Assembly: GCA_049970055.1 (NCBI GenBank)
Contig: JBMFNR010000001.1
Span: 288,001 to 352,000 of the forward strand
Length of the DNA: 64,000 nucleotides
Source of the DNA: Fervidobacterium sp.
GTDB taxonomy: Bacteria > Thermotogota > Thermotogae > Thermotogales > Fervidobacteriaceae
Reading direction: 5' to 3'
The notes beneath the pieces were generated by a model, which ran no database searches, was not told the origin of the DNA, and worked only from the letters and a program-made list of their open reading frames with translations. Positions 30,906 through 42,045 of the stretch are shown piece after piece (positions within the stretch are counted from its first letter, which is position 1; each line of letters begins with the position of its first letter). Position numbers and translations under genes: made by a program.

Positions 30906-32270
30906 ATGAGAAAGACATTAACGCTGCTTAGCTTATTGGTTTTAATAATCACAGTCACGGCGGCTTTCAGAGATATTCCAAAAGGGCACTGGGCACAAAC
31001 TTACGTGGAAAGGCTTGAACAAATTGGGATTATCACTGGCTTTCCCGATGGTACATACCGTGGAGATGAAGCACTAACCAGATACCAAACCGCACTTTTC
31101 ATATCAAGAACACTCGATTACCTTGAGCAATTACTTGCCGAAAAGCAACAGCAACTCGATGAACTGAAGAAAATTCTCCAAGATGCTAACCAGCAACTCG
31201 ACGAAAAAATTGCGGAAGTACAAACGCAAGTAGAAGACATAAAACTTACGGTAGAATTGCATGATCAAGACATCATCAAACTTTACGATCTTGTGAACCA
31301 ACTTAACGACAAATTTGTTTATACGTACGAAGATGGAAGTGTTCAAGAGATAAGTTTGGTGGAATTGAAAAACGATATAGTGAGCTTGAGTGATATACTA
31401 AACGGACTTGCCGCACAACTTGGTGATGTTGATTACTTACTTAGAAAACAGATCGGGGATCTTGATAAGAAAACAACAAGTAAAGCAGATGAGCTTTCCA
31501 ATGCCTTAACAAATTTATCAGCTAAGGTTGACGAGTTGAACACTCAATTTGAGATGTTACAATCAAAGTTGGATGATGTGAACGATAAGATTGCAAACCT
31601 TTACGATACACTCTCAGAAGCGATCATTGGTTTGCAAGAAAACTTAACGTCATTAGAGGCTTCATTAACATCGAAAATAGATGATCTTGAAACGAGGGTG
31701 CTCAACATAGAAAGCACACTTAACACAGGACTTCCAGCGATAAGGGACATGCTCTATGGGCTTTCGCAGGACCTTGCGAATGCACAAGAATCTATGAAAG
31801 CGTACACAGACGTTGTTGCCGAATCGTTGCAAGCTTCAATTGATGAATATAACGCAAAGTGCGATGAACACATGCAGGCAAGTAAAGAAAAATTTGATGA
31901 TGTTTACCAGGCGATGGCAAGTCTTCAAGACATGTTGTCGAGTGCGATAGTCGGACAACAGGAAGAATTGGCTAATCTGAGCGAAAAACTTGACAAGTTA
32001 AACGATTTTGTGGTAAACTTTACTAGCGAAACTAGCGATAAAATTAGTGTGATTGGCGATAGATTGAGCTTGTTGGAAAATCAAGTTGCCAGTTTAAGTC
32101 AAGTTGTTGACGACGTAAAAGCCGACAAATCCGAAGTTGAAGAACTTAAAAGCAACAGTGCGAAAGAAATTGAAAATGCTAGGAATATAGCAACATGGGG
32201 AGCAGTTTTTGGAGTTAGTGGAACATTAATTGGAATAATTGCTTTAGCTAAAGCTTTAGGCTGGTTTTAA
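30906..32270 (+). CDS. ompA: Outer-membrane protein Omp-alpha (toga anchor): SLH domain, coiled coil, C-terminal membrane anchor
   Basis: FRDIPKGHWA...GIITGFPDGTYRG....TRYQ SLH; long heptad region; hydrophobic C-terminus; secG-tyrS-ompA-ompB synteny of Thermotogales. Confidence 0.88.
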   Translation: MRKTLTLLSLLVLIITVTAAFRDIPKGHWAQTYVERLEQIGIITGFPDGTYRGDEALTRYQTALFISRTLDYLEQLLAEKQQQLDELKKILQDANQQLDEKIAEVQTQVEDIKLTVELHDQDIIKLYDLVNQLNDKFVYTYEDGSVQEISLVELKNDIVSLSDILNGLAAQLGDVDYLLRKQIGDLDKKTTSKADELSNALTNLSAKVDELNTQFEMLQSKLDDVNDKIANLYDTLSEAIIGLQENLTSLEASLTSKIDDLETRVLNIESTLNTGLPAIRDMLYGLSQDLANAQESMKAYTDVVAESLQASIDEYNAKCDEHMQASKEKFDDVYQAMASLQDMLSSAIVGQQEELANLSEKLDKLNDFVVNFTSETSDKISVIGDRLSLLENQVASLSQVVDDVKADKSEVEELKSNSAKEIENARNIATWGAVFGVSGTLIGIIALAKALGWF

Positions 32271-32380
32271 TTTCTAATCTTACATTCAGTTATAAGGGGG
32301 GGATAGTTAAAAAATTTGGGAAAGGTTTTTATCTAATGTTTTGTAAATAACCTAAACTCACAGGAGGAGGGAGAAGGATT

Positions 32381-33676
32381 ATGAAGAAGTTTTTAACAGT
32401 TTTGGTGGCACTCTTTGTATTTGTTAGCCTATTTGCAGTTGAAAAACCATTCACACTTGGACCAGTAACTTACACAGGTAAAGTTAGCTTTTCTCTTGTA
32501 GTAACAAAGGACGGGGTTGACATTTCTGGTGCATTATTAAATGTTAAAGCATCTCTCAGCGTTAGCCCAACAAGTGACACACAAGCGGGCGCAACGTTTA
32601 GCATTTCTTACTCAACCATAGGCGAAGATCCAGAGCTAACACTCAAATCCATAACATTCTCAACACCATACTTTGCAGCATACTACTCAACAGATAAACA
32701 ATTTGTTAGTAAGTATTTCACAGGTCTAGACAGCGATGATAAGTTTACACCAATGAGTGATTTTGCCGACTCTCTCAAAGTGACATTCCCATCGATTGCC
32801 GGCTTGGAAGTGTACTACTTTGATAAAACATCAGAAGGTGCTGCAACATGGTTTAGTGATATGGTTCTTGCAAAATACGTTCTTTCCGGCTGGGAAGTTG
32901 TCGGTGGTTTTTACAATGTGGGTAATACTTACGAATTTGGTGGAGCGCTCAACGGATCAGTTGATCTGGGTATCTTCAAACCAAATGTGACGATTTTCGC
33001 AGGTATGGTTAACGATTCAGGCATGGCGTACGACTTTAGTCTCTCGGGAAGCTTTAAACCAATAGCTGAGTTAACACTTACACCAACTGTAAAATTTGCA
33101 GAAAATCTTGATAAACTTGATTACGCAAGTACAGACGGCAGTGTAGCCAACGGTAAATACGTAAGTTTGGGTGTTAAATACGAACAAACATTTGCACCAG
33201 TTTCTCTTGTAGCTCAAGTAAAGCCAAAATACGACTTTGTTGCATCAAAATTTACCCTTCCACTCAACGAACTTTCAGCAAAAGTTGCTGTCACACCAGT
33301 TACACTTTTTGTAAAGACAACAAACGCTGATGTGCTCGATAACACTAAGAAATACACACTCTACGTACAAGGCGACTTAGTAGCTGACATGTTCAGCTTA
33401 ACAGCAAAAGCAATGTGGAATGACGTTACAGCGCCTAATAACTACAACTACATCCACGCAGTGGCGAATGCAACCGTTGATATGTTAAAACTTACAGCAA
33501 ATTACAGAATGACAACGTCAAATTCTGGATACAACGCATCAGCCTGCTACAGACTTACAGAAAATACAAAGGTAACAGCCTTCTTTGGAACACTCACGGG
33601 AAACGATACAGATGGTTGGAAAGTCCTTACCGAACCAACATGGAATGTGAAACTTACATACACAGCAAGCTTCTAA
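32381..33676 (+). CDS. ompB: Outer-membrane porin Omp-beta-like
   Basis: Signal peptide, amphipathic beta-strands, C-terminal KLTYTASF (terminal Phe); strong GGAGGAGG RBS; directly after ompA. Confidence 0.78.
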   Translation: MKKFLTVLVALFVFVSLFAVEKPFTLGPVTYTGKVSFSLVVTKDGVDISGALLNVKASLSVSPTSDTQAGATFSISYSTIGEDPELTLKSITFSTPYFAAYYSTDKQFVSKYFTGLDSDDKFTPMSDFADSLKVTFPSIAGLEVYYFDKTSEGAATWFSDMVLAKYVLSGWEVVGGFYNVGNTYEFGGALNGSVDLGIFKPNVTIFAGMVNDSGMAYDFSLSGSFKPIAELTLTPTVKFAENLDKLDYASTDGSVANGKYVSLGVKYEQTFAPVSLVAQVKPKYDFVASKFTLPLNELSAKVAVTPVTLFVKTTNADVLDNTKKYTLYVQGDLVADMFSLTAKAMWNDVTAPNNYNYIHAVANATVDMLKLTANYRMTTSNSGYNASACYRLTENTKVTAFFGTLTGNDTDGWKVLTEPTWNVKLTYTASF

Positions 33677-33694
33677 TGTAAACTTTGTAAACTT

Positions 33695-33725
33695 AAAAAG
33701 GGAGGCTTTTAAGCCTCCCTTTTTT
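33695..33725. terminator. Bidirectional intrinsic terminator
   Basis: AAAAAGGGAGGC-TTTTAA-GCCTCCCTTTTTT. Confidence 0.9.
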
Positions 33726-33740
33726 GTTTTGTTTATCTTT

Positions 33741-35081
<1,341 letters not shown>

Positions 35082-35204
35082 TCATACTGGTACCTCAATA
35101 CTTAACGTATCTACCATCTAATTATACCACATTCGCGAACTGGTTTATCAGATTGTTACATTTTTCTCTTGTGATTTACACTACCTATACATCACTGTCC
35201 CTCA

Positions 35205-36569
35205 CTACAGTACCTTCACTTCGTAAGGTTTCAAATTTACACCTTCGAACTGTTCGCTGTGGCCGGAGGTATTTGCGTACACTCTGAAACCATTAAATCC
35301 ATCAGTTACGTTGTAAGCTAGTATGAATGTGTTGTGTGTCACTTTTTCTACCCACGCATGTTCGATCCAAGAGTTTTCTTTTCTGAACTTTGTCCAGTTA
35401 ATTACTTCCCTTAATAGGCTACCTTCTCTCACCATCTGCTCTTCAACAGAAGTACCTGTGAATGCTCTGTTGAATCTTACCGCCTTCCAAAAAGTTTGAC
35501 CATCGCCTGAGAGCGATGCGTACCAGGGGAACGGTTCAATAACGTCCTCTGTAAATGTTGAGTCGTATACGCCTTTCATTCCCAGCTCATCGCCGTAGTA
35601 AATGAACGGCACACCGGGTGTTGTCATAAGAAGGCCATAGAAAACTTTTCTTTGGTCCTCTTGAGGCAATAGTTGAGCCAATCGGTTCATATCATGGTTT
35701 CCCGTGAAATTACTTGGTTTGTACGATTTCTTTGCGAGTGTTCTTTGGAAACAATCGGCGATCTTGTAAACAGTGCCATGTTGCATAGATTCTCTTATTG
35801 ACTCAGTAAAGTAAAAGTTAAAAGAACAACCGATCGTTTGTGCGTATCTATCGACAATTTCAGGGTCATCCCATACTTCCGTCACAGCGAAGACATCTTG
35901 ACCTTTCACTGCTTTTGCTTTGCCCATGACCAGATGCCAATAATTCACGTTTTTATCGTGATTGTATCTGAACTTGCCTTCATTCGTGTCGTAATCGTAT
36001 ATGTGCTTTGCCGCATCGAATCTAAAACCATCAACGCCTTGTTTGAGCCAAAATTCCACTATTTCAAGAGATTTTTCAACAACTTCTGGATTTTCATAAT
36101 TCAGATCTGGCGAAGAGCCACCGAAAACACCGTAGTACCACTTGCCGTTCCTGTTGTGCCAAAGTAATTCCTCGTCCCAATGTCTTTTTTCTGACAAATT
36201 AAAATGAGGCTGCGCCCACAAAAAATAATCAACATAAGGTTTTTCACCGCTTAAAGCGGCTTTAAACCATGGATGCCTATCAGACACGTGATTCAGCGGT
36301 AAGTCTATAACGACTTTTATACCATTGCTATGTAAAACATCGACCATGTACCTAAAATCTTCCAATGTACCAAATGAGGTGTTTGTGTCAAAATAATCAA
36401 TGATATCGTAGCCATGATAGCTCGGCGATTTAAAATGTGGTGTGAGCCAGATAAGGTCCACTCCCAACATTTTGAAATAATCAACTTTTTGTGCTATTCC
36501 ACTGAAATCACCTATACCATCTTCGTTTGAGTCGGCAAAGGACCTAATAAAAATCTCATAGCCTATCAT
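35205..36569 (-). CDS. Cytoplasmic GH13 alpha-amylase family glycoside hydrolase
   Basis: SFADSNEDGIGD, SYHGYD, DLPLNH, DGFRFDAAKH, TEVW, NHD; no signal peptide. Confidence 0.92.
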   Translation of the reverse strand: MIGYEIFIRSFADSNEDGIGDFSGIAQKVDYFKMLGVDLIWLTPHFKSPSYHGYDIIDYFDTNTSFGTLEDFRYMVDVLHSNGIKVVIDLPLNHVSDRHPWFKAALSGEKPYVDYFLWAQPHFNLSEKRHWDEELLWHNRNGKWYYGVFGGSSPDLNYENPEVVEKSLEIVEFWLKQGVDGFRFDAAKHIYDYDTNEGKFRYNHDKNVNYWHLVMGKAKAVKGQDVFAVTEVWDDPEIVDRYAQTIGCSFNFYFTESIRESMQHGTVYKIADCFQRTLAKKSYKPSNFTGNHDMNRLAQLLPQEDQRKVFYGLLMTTPGVPFIYYGDELGMKGVYDSTFTEDVIEPFPWYASLSGDGQTFWKAVRFNRAFTGTSVEEQMVREGSLLREVINWTKFRKENSWIEHAWVEKVTHNTFILAYNVTDGFNGFRVYANTSGHSEQFEGVNLKPYEVKVL

Positions 36570-36586
36570 TCTGTAATCCTCCCTGA

Positions 36587-37855
36587 TCAAGGATTTTTGC
36601 TTTTCAGCTTCTCAACAATTTTTTTGAAATGTTCGCCACGTTCTTCAAAGTTTTTATACGCATCGTAACTTGCCCCTGCTGGTCCCAGAAGTACGAAATC
36701 TCCTTTACCAGCCATCTTACTTATTTCCACAACAGCCTCTTCTATATTTTCATATCTTTTGTAATTCACATTGCGCTCTTTCAAATACGGTTCTATCGCA
36801 TCACTGATGGGACCCACGATTGCCACATGCTTGCACTTTTTCTGTATCTCGTTGGCAAGTGTGGTGTAATCTTCATTCTTGCCTTTACCTGCGATTATCA
36901 AGAAAAGATTACTATCAAAATTTTCAAGTGCCTTCACAACAGCTGCCGCATTCGTAGCTTTTGAATCGTTGTAATAATGTGCACCGTTTATTGTTCCACA
37001 GTACTCCATTCTGTGCGGTAGCGGTACAAAATCTTCGAACATATCCATTGAGAAGGGCAATCGTAGTATTTTAACAACTGTCTTTGCGGCTGCAATGTTT
37101 TCAACGTTTTGCTTTGTTCTGATGTGGAACGGGATCGATTCGAAGTTGAAATCTACGGTGAAAGGAACCCTTTTTGCTTGTGTTTTTGATAATCTTTTAA
37201 TTATTTCTAAATCCTTCGGATTGTACACAAAATGATCTTCGTTGTCTTGGAATTTTGTAATTTTAAATTTCGACTCGACGTAATGTTCCATACTTGGATG
37301 CCAATCAAGATGATTAGGATAAATGTTGGTTATAACGGCGATACTTGGTTTAAAAAACGTAGCCCAGTAAAGCTGGAAACTACTTATTTCAACAACGATA
37401 AATTGTGGTTTTCTACCTTCCAGAAGTACCTGGGCAATGGGTATTCCAAAGTTACCAAATATTTGAGAAGTTGAGGATTTTGAAATTATGTGGTTTATCA
37501 TCGCTACTGTGGTACTTTTTCCAACAGATCCGGTAACTGCAATAACTGTTGGGTTCCAATCCAAGAATTTAGTAAAATAAGTTATCTCCGTGTCAACTCG
37601 TCTCCCCATCTGTTGAGCCTTCATCAAAATCGGGTGGTCGTATGGGACACTTGGACTAGTCAAAATTACATCGGCCTCAAGGATCTTTTCTGAATTTTTC
37701 CCTTCCTCGTATGGTATGTGATTTTCTTCCAAAAAGAGCATATCTTCCCTGGAAAGCTTTCCGCTTTCGCTGACAAAGATATCTTCTCCAAGTTGCTTGA
37801 GGTACCTTGCGGCATACCGATTGCTCAAACCAAAGCCTACGAGTGCATAACGCAT
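36587..37855 (-). CDS. murD: UDP-N-acetylmuramoyl-L-alanine--D-glutamate ligase
   Basis: VTGSVGKSTT, EISSFQL, NHLDWH, PHRME, NDSKATN, ASYD.YKNFEERG. Confidence 0.96.
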   Translation of the reverse strand: MRYALVGFGLSNRYAARYLKQLGEDIFVSESGKLSREDMLFLEENHIPYEEGKNSEKILEADVILTSPSVPYDHPILMKAQQMGRRVDTEITYFTKFLDWNPTVIAVTGSVGKSTTVAMINHIISKSSTSQIFGNFGIPIAQVLLEGRKPQFIVVEISSFQLYWATFFKPSIAVITNIYPNHLDWHPSMEHYVESKFKITKFQDNEDHFVYNPKDLEIIKRLSKTQAKRVPFTVDFNFESIPFHIRTKQNVENIAAAKTVVKILRLPFSMDMFEDFVPLPHRMEYCGTINGAHYYNDSKATNAAAVVKALENFDSNLFLIIAGKGKNEDYTTLANEIQKKCKHVAIVGPISDAIEPYLKERNVNYKRYENIEEAVVEISKMAGKGDFVLLGPAGASYDAYKNFEERGEHFKKIVEKLKSKNP

Positions 37856-37975
37856 AAACGTTCCTCCCTTTTAACATTTCTATTTAATTATAGCACAGCA
37901 CTTTTTCTCATAGTTTAATTCAGTGTTATTTTTCCAAGTTATTCTTATAAAAGTATAAAAAATGCAAAAAAATAC

Positions 37976-38011
37976 AAAAAAGCGACATCCTTTTCGGATG
38001 CCGCTCTTTTT
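37976..38011 (-). terminator. Intrinsic terminator downstream of tRNA-Pro
   Basis: AAAAAAGCGACATCC-TTTTC-GGATGCCGCT. Confidence 0.75.
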
Positions 38012-38016
38012 AAAAT

Positions 38017-38093
38017 TGGTCGGGGTGACTGGACTTGAACCAGCGACCTCTTGCGCCCCATGCAAGCGCGCTAGCCACCTGCGCTACACCCCG
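38017..38093 (-). tRNA. tRNA-Pro(GGG)
   Basis: CGGGGTGTAGCGCAGGTGGCTAGCGCG-CTTGC-ATGGGGC-GCAAG-AGGTC-GCTGGTTCAAGTCCAGT-CACCCCG-A-CCA; cloverleaf, anticodon GGG, encoded CCA. Confidence 0.97.
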
Positions 38094-38425
38094 AACCTTT
38101 ACAATCTTTCACAATTTTTCACAATATTTCACGCTTTTCGATAAACCACTTAGGTAAGTATTATGATCGTGCAATAAAATTTTACCACGCACGGTGAAAA
38201 AAATCAAGTGATATGTATGTTATAACACATATTGGCAATATTGCCGACATTCACTGTCATTCACTGTGCTGGTTACATTTATTAAAGGTCAACAACTTTT
38301 CATCATTTTTGACAATATTTGACAAATATTACAAACATTATTTGGAGTGTGACTATTAAATTTGGAAATTTTTCAAAACTGTGATATAATACAACATAGC
38401 ATCTTATGCACGGGGAGGGATTAGG

Positions 38426-40273
38426 ATGGTGAAAAGATTTTTGGTTGTGTTTTTTACGGTTGCTGCGATCCTAAGTTTTGCAGATTTTGATCCAACAACG
38501 TACGTTTCATCCGGTGTTGGTGAACCGGACACGCTCGATATACATCAAGCTTACGACACAGTTAGTGGCGAGGTTATTTACAATGTTTATGAAAGCCTTA
38601 TAGCTTACAAAAAAAGTAGCCTTACGGAATTTGAACCAAGGTTAGCAACGGAAGTCCCGTCGGTAAAGAATGGACTTATAAAAGACGGTGGTAAGACGTA
38701 CGTATTCCCGATTAGAAAGGGAGTAAAATTTCACAACGGATCTTTGCTAACACCAGAAGACGTTGAGTACTCATTCGAAAGAGGTTTACTCTACGATCCG
38801 GCAGGTGGACCTATGTGGATGCTCTGGAATGCAATATTTGGTGTTAATTCATTAAACGAAATGATCGAAAAATACGTGGGAAAACCTGTATCTGAAATTT
38901 TCAAAGATGGCGAACCTTTGCCACAATACAAAGATAAACTTGTTGAACTGTACAAAAATGTTATTGATCCTGCTATAGAAGTTGATGGAGATAACGTCGT
39001 CTTTAAACTTGTCAGACCTTACGGACCATTCTTGACTATAATGGCTCACACGGTGGGGTGGTCTGCCGTTCTGGACAAAGAAACGTCTATAAAACTTGGC
39101 TTGTGGGATGGAAAACCTGATACGTGGTGGAAATACAGAAATATAGCGAAAGAAAAATCACCCATTTACGCTACAGCAATTGGAACAGGTCCATTCAAAC
39201 TTGTTGAATGGGATAGAACGAATAAAAAGGTGGTTCTTGAAGCGAATAAGGACTATTGGCGTGGTGAACCAAAACTCAAAAAGGTCGTTCTTTTAACTGT
39301 TAGTGAATGGGGAACAAGAAAATTGATGCTTGAAAAAGGTGATGTGGACGATATAGCTGTTGTTCTTGAGTATCTTGATCAAATAAGAGGTAACAAAGAT
39401 ATACAAATTATCGATAACATTCCAACACTTTCCGTTACGGTTGTTGGTTTTTCTTGGTCTGTTTCGCCAAATAGCAAATACATAGGCAGTGGAAAATGGG
39501 ACGGAAATGGGATGCCTCCCGACTTTTTCAGTGATATAAACGCAAGAAAGGCTATATCTTATATAATTAACTACGATTCAATTATTAGAGATGTTGCAAA
39601 AGGTTACGCGATACGTGTACCTTCTGCCTTACCAAATACACTACTTGGTTTTGACCCAACTCTTCCACTTTACAAGTTTAACATTACCGAGGCAAGAAAA
39701 GCTCTTGAAAAAGCTTGGGATGGTAAGGTTTTAAAGATTGGTCTAAAGTTTGCAGTCGCCTACAACACAGGTAACGTTATGAGACAAAGAATAGCGGAGA
39801 TGATAAAAACATACTTAGAAATGGTCGCTCCGGGCAAGATTAAGGTCGATATAGTTGCGTTGAACTGGCCAAGTTACCTCGATGCAATGAGAAAATCAGA
39901 ACTTCCAATGCCTATTTTCAACTGGCTTGCGGATTTCCCAGATCCAGATAATTTCATCTTCACATTCTACCATTCCGCCGGTACTTACGCACCAAGGCAG
40001 GGTGATAACTTCAAGAAATTCGTGAGCACACCAAGAAAAGAGCTTGGTGGTAAGAGCCTTGATGAATTAATTGAAGCTGCGAGAAATTCATCGGATCCGG
40101 ACGAAAGAAAGAAATTGTACGTGCAAATTCAAAAATTTGCTATCGATAATTATATAAGCGTTCCGATTTATCAACCGGTCGGTGTTAGGGTACAGCGCGC
40201 ATGGGTAAAGGGTTGGTATCAAAATCCAATGAGACCTGGTAACGATTACTTTGAATTGTACAAACAGCAATAA
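38426..40273 (+). CDS. ABC transporter substrate-binding protein, family 5 (oligo/dipeptide type); no permease genes adjacent
   Basis: EPDTLD, VYESL, PRLAT, IRKGVKFHNG..LTPEDV.YSF, GTGPFKL, WLADFPDPDNF. Confidence 0.93.
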   Translation: MVKRFLVVFFTVAAILSFADFDPTTYVSSGVGEPDTLDIHQAYDTVSGEVIYNVYESLIAYKKSSLTEFEPRLATEVPSVKNGLIKDGGKTYVFPIRKGVKFHNGSLLTPEDVEYSFERGLLYDPAGGPMWMLWNAIFGVNSLNEMIEKYVGKPVSEIFKDGEPLPQYKDKLVELYKNVIDPAIEVDGDNVVFKLVRPYGPFLTIMAHTVGWSAVLDKETSIKLGLWDGKPDTWWKYRNIAKEKSPIYATAIGTGPFKLVEWDRTNKKVVLEANKDYWRGEPKLKKVVLLTVSEWGTRKLMLEKGDVDDIAVVLEYLDQIRGNKDIQIIDNIPTLSVTVVGFSWSVSPNSKYIGSGKWDGNGMPPDFFSDINARKAISYIINYDSIIRDVAKGYAIRVPSALPNTLLGFDPTLPLYKFNITEARKALEKAWDGKVLKIGLKFAVAYNTGNVMRQRIAEMIKTYLEMVAPGKIKVDIVALNWPSYLDAMRKSELPMPIFNWLADFPDPDNFIFTFYHSAGTYAPRQGDNFKKFVSTPRKELGGKSLDELIEAARNSSDPDERKKLYVQIQKFAIDNYISVPIYQPVGVRVQRAWVKGWYQNPMRPGNDYFELYKQQ

Positions 40274-40890
40274 TTGAGTGGGCATGCCATACACCTGGGA
40301 ATGTTCCGACAATAGATCTTGCAATGCTCTACGATAAGTCCGTGGAATTCTTGATAGAGTTCCACGGATTTTTTGTACTTTTCTTCGAAGAATGTTCTGT
40401 ACTCGTCGTATTCTTTGAATTCTATATCAAGTACCCTCTTTACCAACCTTTTAGTGTACGCATCCACAACGAATATCGGCTTTTCAAAAGCGTAAAGCAA
40501 TATGGAATCCGCACTTTCCTTACCGATACCATTTATTGAAATTAATTCGTTTCTCAATTCGTATAAATCTTTCTTTACAATTCCATCGAGTGAAAAATCG
40601 TACTTTTTAATCCATTCTATTAGTGATTTTATTCTTTTTGCTTTCACATTGTGAAAACCGGCAGGGCGAATTAACATGGCTAATTCTTCTGTACTTAGTT
40701 TTGAAAGACAAATGAGAATATTTTCCTTACAAATGCTCTTTACGTTTTTCAGAGCTTTTTCAACATTCTTCCAATTTGTATTCTGTGTCAATATCACTGA
40801 TACGATAATCTCTTCTTGGCTACCAGGCCACCATTTACCCTGCGGGCCATGTGATGTTTTGAGTTTTTCGTAAAGTTCTTCGAATCCCAT
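40246..40890 (-). CDS. HhH-GPD DNA glycosylase, endonuclease III-related (MpgII/COG2231-like), with 4Fe-4S loop
   Basis: WWP, ILTQNTNWKNV, IRPAGF, GIGKESADSILLYA, VVDAYT.R, C-terminal Cys cluster; overlaps the convergent SBP gene by 28 bp. Confidence 0.88.
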   Translation of the reverse strand: MGFEELYEKLKTSHGPQGKWWPGSQEEIIVSVILTQNTNWKNVEKALKNVKSICKENILICLSKLSTEELAMLIRPAGFHNVKAKRIKSLIEWIKKYDFSLDGIVKKDLYELRNELISINGIGKESADSILLYAFEKPIFVVDAYTKRLVKRVLDIEFKEYDEYRTFFEEKYKKSVELYQEFHGLIVEHCKIYCRNIPRCMACPLNYCCLYNSK

Positions 40891-40973
40891 TGCCTCCCCC
40901 CTTTCGGTTTTTCACTGGTTTTTATATTATTTCTATAAAAATTATAACACACAAAAGCTTGGTAAAAAAAGTA

Positions 40974-41001
40974 TTGACATTTTCTGAAAGGGGAGTATAA
41001 T
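40974..41001 (+). promoter_or_regulatory. Consensus sigma70 promoter of the cold-shock gene
   Basis: TTGACA-16 bp-TATAAT. Confidence 0.8.
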
Positions 41002-41065
41002 CAATCATCACGTTGCGAGTGGAAAAGCAATGTGAAGAAAAAATAGCGTTTAGGAGGCAGTTACT

Positions 41066-41266
41066 ATGAAAGGTACAGTTAAGTGGTTTGATTCATCGAA
41101 AGGTTACGGATTCATCACAGGAGAAAACGGACAGGACGTCTTTGTTCACTTCAGCGCTATCCAGATGGATGGTTTTAAGACACTCAAAGAAGGCGACGTA
41201 GTCGAATTCGAAATTCAAAACGGGCAAAAAGGTCCTCAAGCAGCTAATGTCAAGCTTGCAAAATAA
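41066..41266 (+). CDS. Cold-shock protein (CspA family)
   Basis: KGTVKWF...[22 protein letters not shown]. Confidence 0.97.
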   Translation: MKGTVKWFDSSKGYGFITGENGQDVFVHFSAIQMDGFKTLKEGDVVEFEIQNGQKGPQAANVKLAK

Positions 41267-41286
41267 ATTTTAAGAGGATACTAAAA

Positions 41287-41320
41287 ATCCCCCGCAATTC
41301 AATGCGGGGGATTTTTGTTT
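41287..41320. repeat. 34-bp direct repeat copy 1; also a bidirectional terminator
   Basis: ATCCCCCGCAATTCAATGCGGGGGATTTTTGTTT, identical to 50405..50438. Confidence 0.92.
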
Positions 41321-41340
41321 ATTTTCGTTCTACTTGGATT

Positions 41341-42045
41341 TCACCCACCTAAGTAGGCTTTTTTAACTCTTTCATCTTCGAGCAACTCTTTACCAGTGCC
41401 TTCAAGCACTATTCTTCCTGTTTCCAAAACATACGCGTAATCTGCCAGTTTAAGAGCTTCGAAAGCGTTTTGCTCCACCAAAAAGATTGTGACTCCTTCA
41501 CTGTGGATTCTTTTAATTAATTTAAAGACTTCTTTTACTATAACTGGAGCTAAACCGAGTGATGGTTCGTCAAAAAGCAACAGTTTCGGCCTTGACATAA
41601 GGGCTCGTCCAATAGCAAGCATCTGTTGTTCACCACCTGAAAGTGTTCCTGCCCTTTGGTTAATTCTTTCTTTCAGTCTTGGAAAAAGATCAAATACATA
41701 TTCTAAGTCTTTTTTTATACCTTCTTTATCATTGCGCAGGTATGCACCTGCAAGTAAGTTTTCGTAGACTGTAAGATTTGAAAAAACTCTTCTCCCCTCT
41801 GGTACCATAGTTATTCCTAACCTTACAATCTCACTTGTGTCGAGCTTTGTTAATTCTGTACCTTTATATTTAATACTTCCCCTTGTTGCTTCTTTTAAAC
41901 CGCAAATAGTCCTCAGTGTTGTTGACTTACCTGCACCATTAGCACCAATCAATGATATAATCTTTCCTTCGTCAACTTTCATTGTTATACCCTTGATTGC
42001 ATGTATACCACCGTAGTAGACATGTAAATCGTTAATCTCAAGCAT
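41341..42045 (-). CDS. livF: Branched-chain amino acid ABC transporter ATPase LivF
   Basis: GANGAGKST, VPEGRRVF, LSGGEQQMLAIGRALM, DEPSLGLAP. Confidence 0.95.
   Translation of the reverse strand: MLEINDLHVYYGGIHAIKGITMKVDEGKIISLIGANGAGKSTTLRTICGLKEATRGSIKYKGTELTKLDTSEIVRLGITMVPEGRRVFSNLTVYENLLAGAYLRNDKEGIKKDLEYVFDLFPRLKERINQRAGTLSGGEQQMLAIGRALMSRPKLLLFDEPSLGLAPVIVKEVFKLIKRIHSEGVTIFLVEQNAFEALKLADYAYVLETGRIVLEGTGKELLEDERVKKAYLGG

Noticed and set aside
38017..38093. tRNA as an island integration site
   Set aside because: No duplicate tRNA 3' end and no integrase seen in the window.
37880..38144. Two short ORFs (61 and 60 aa)
   Set aside because: They overlap tRNA-Pro and its terminator.
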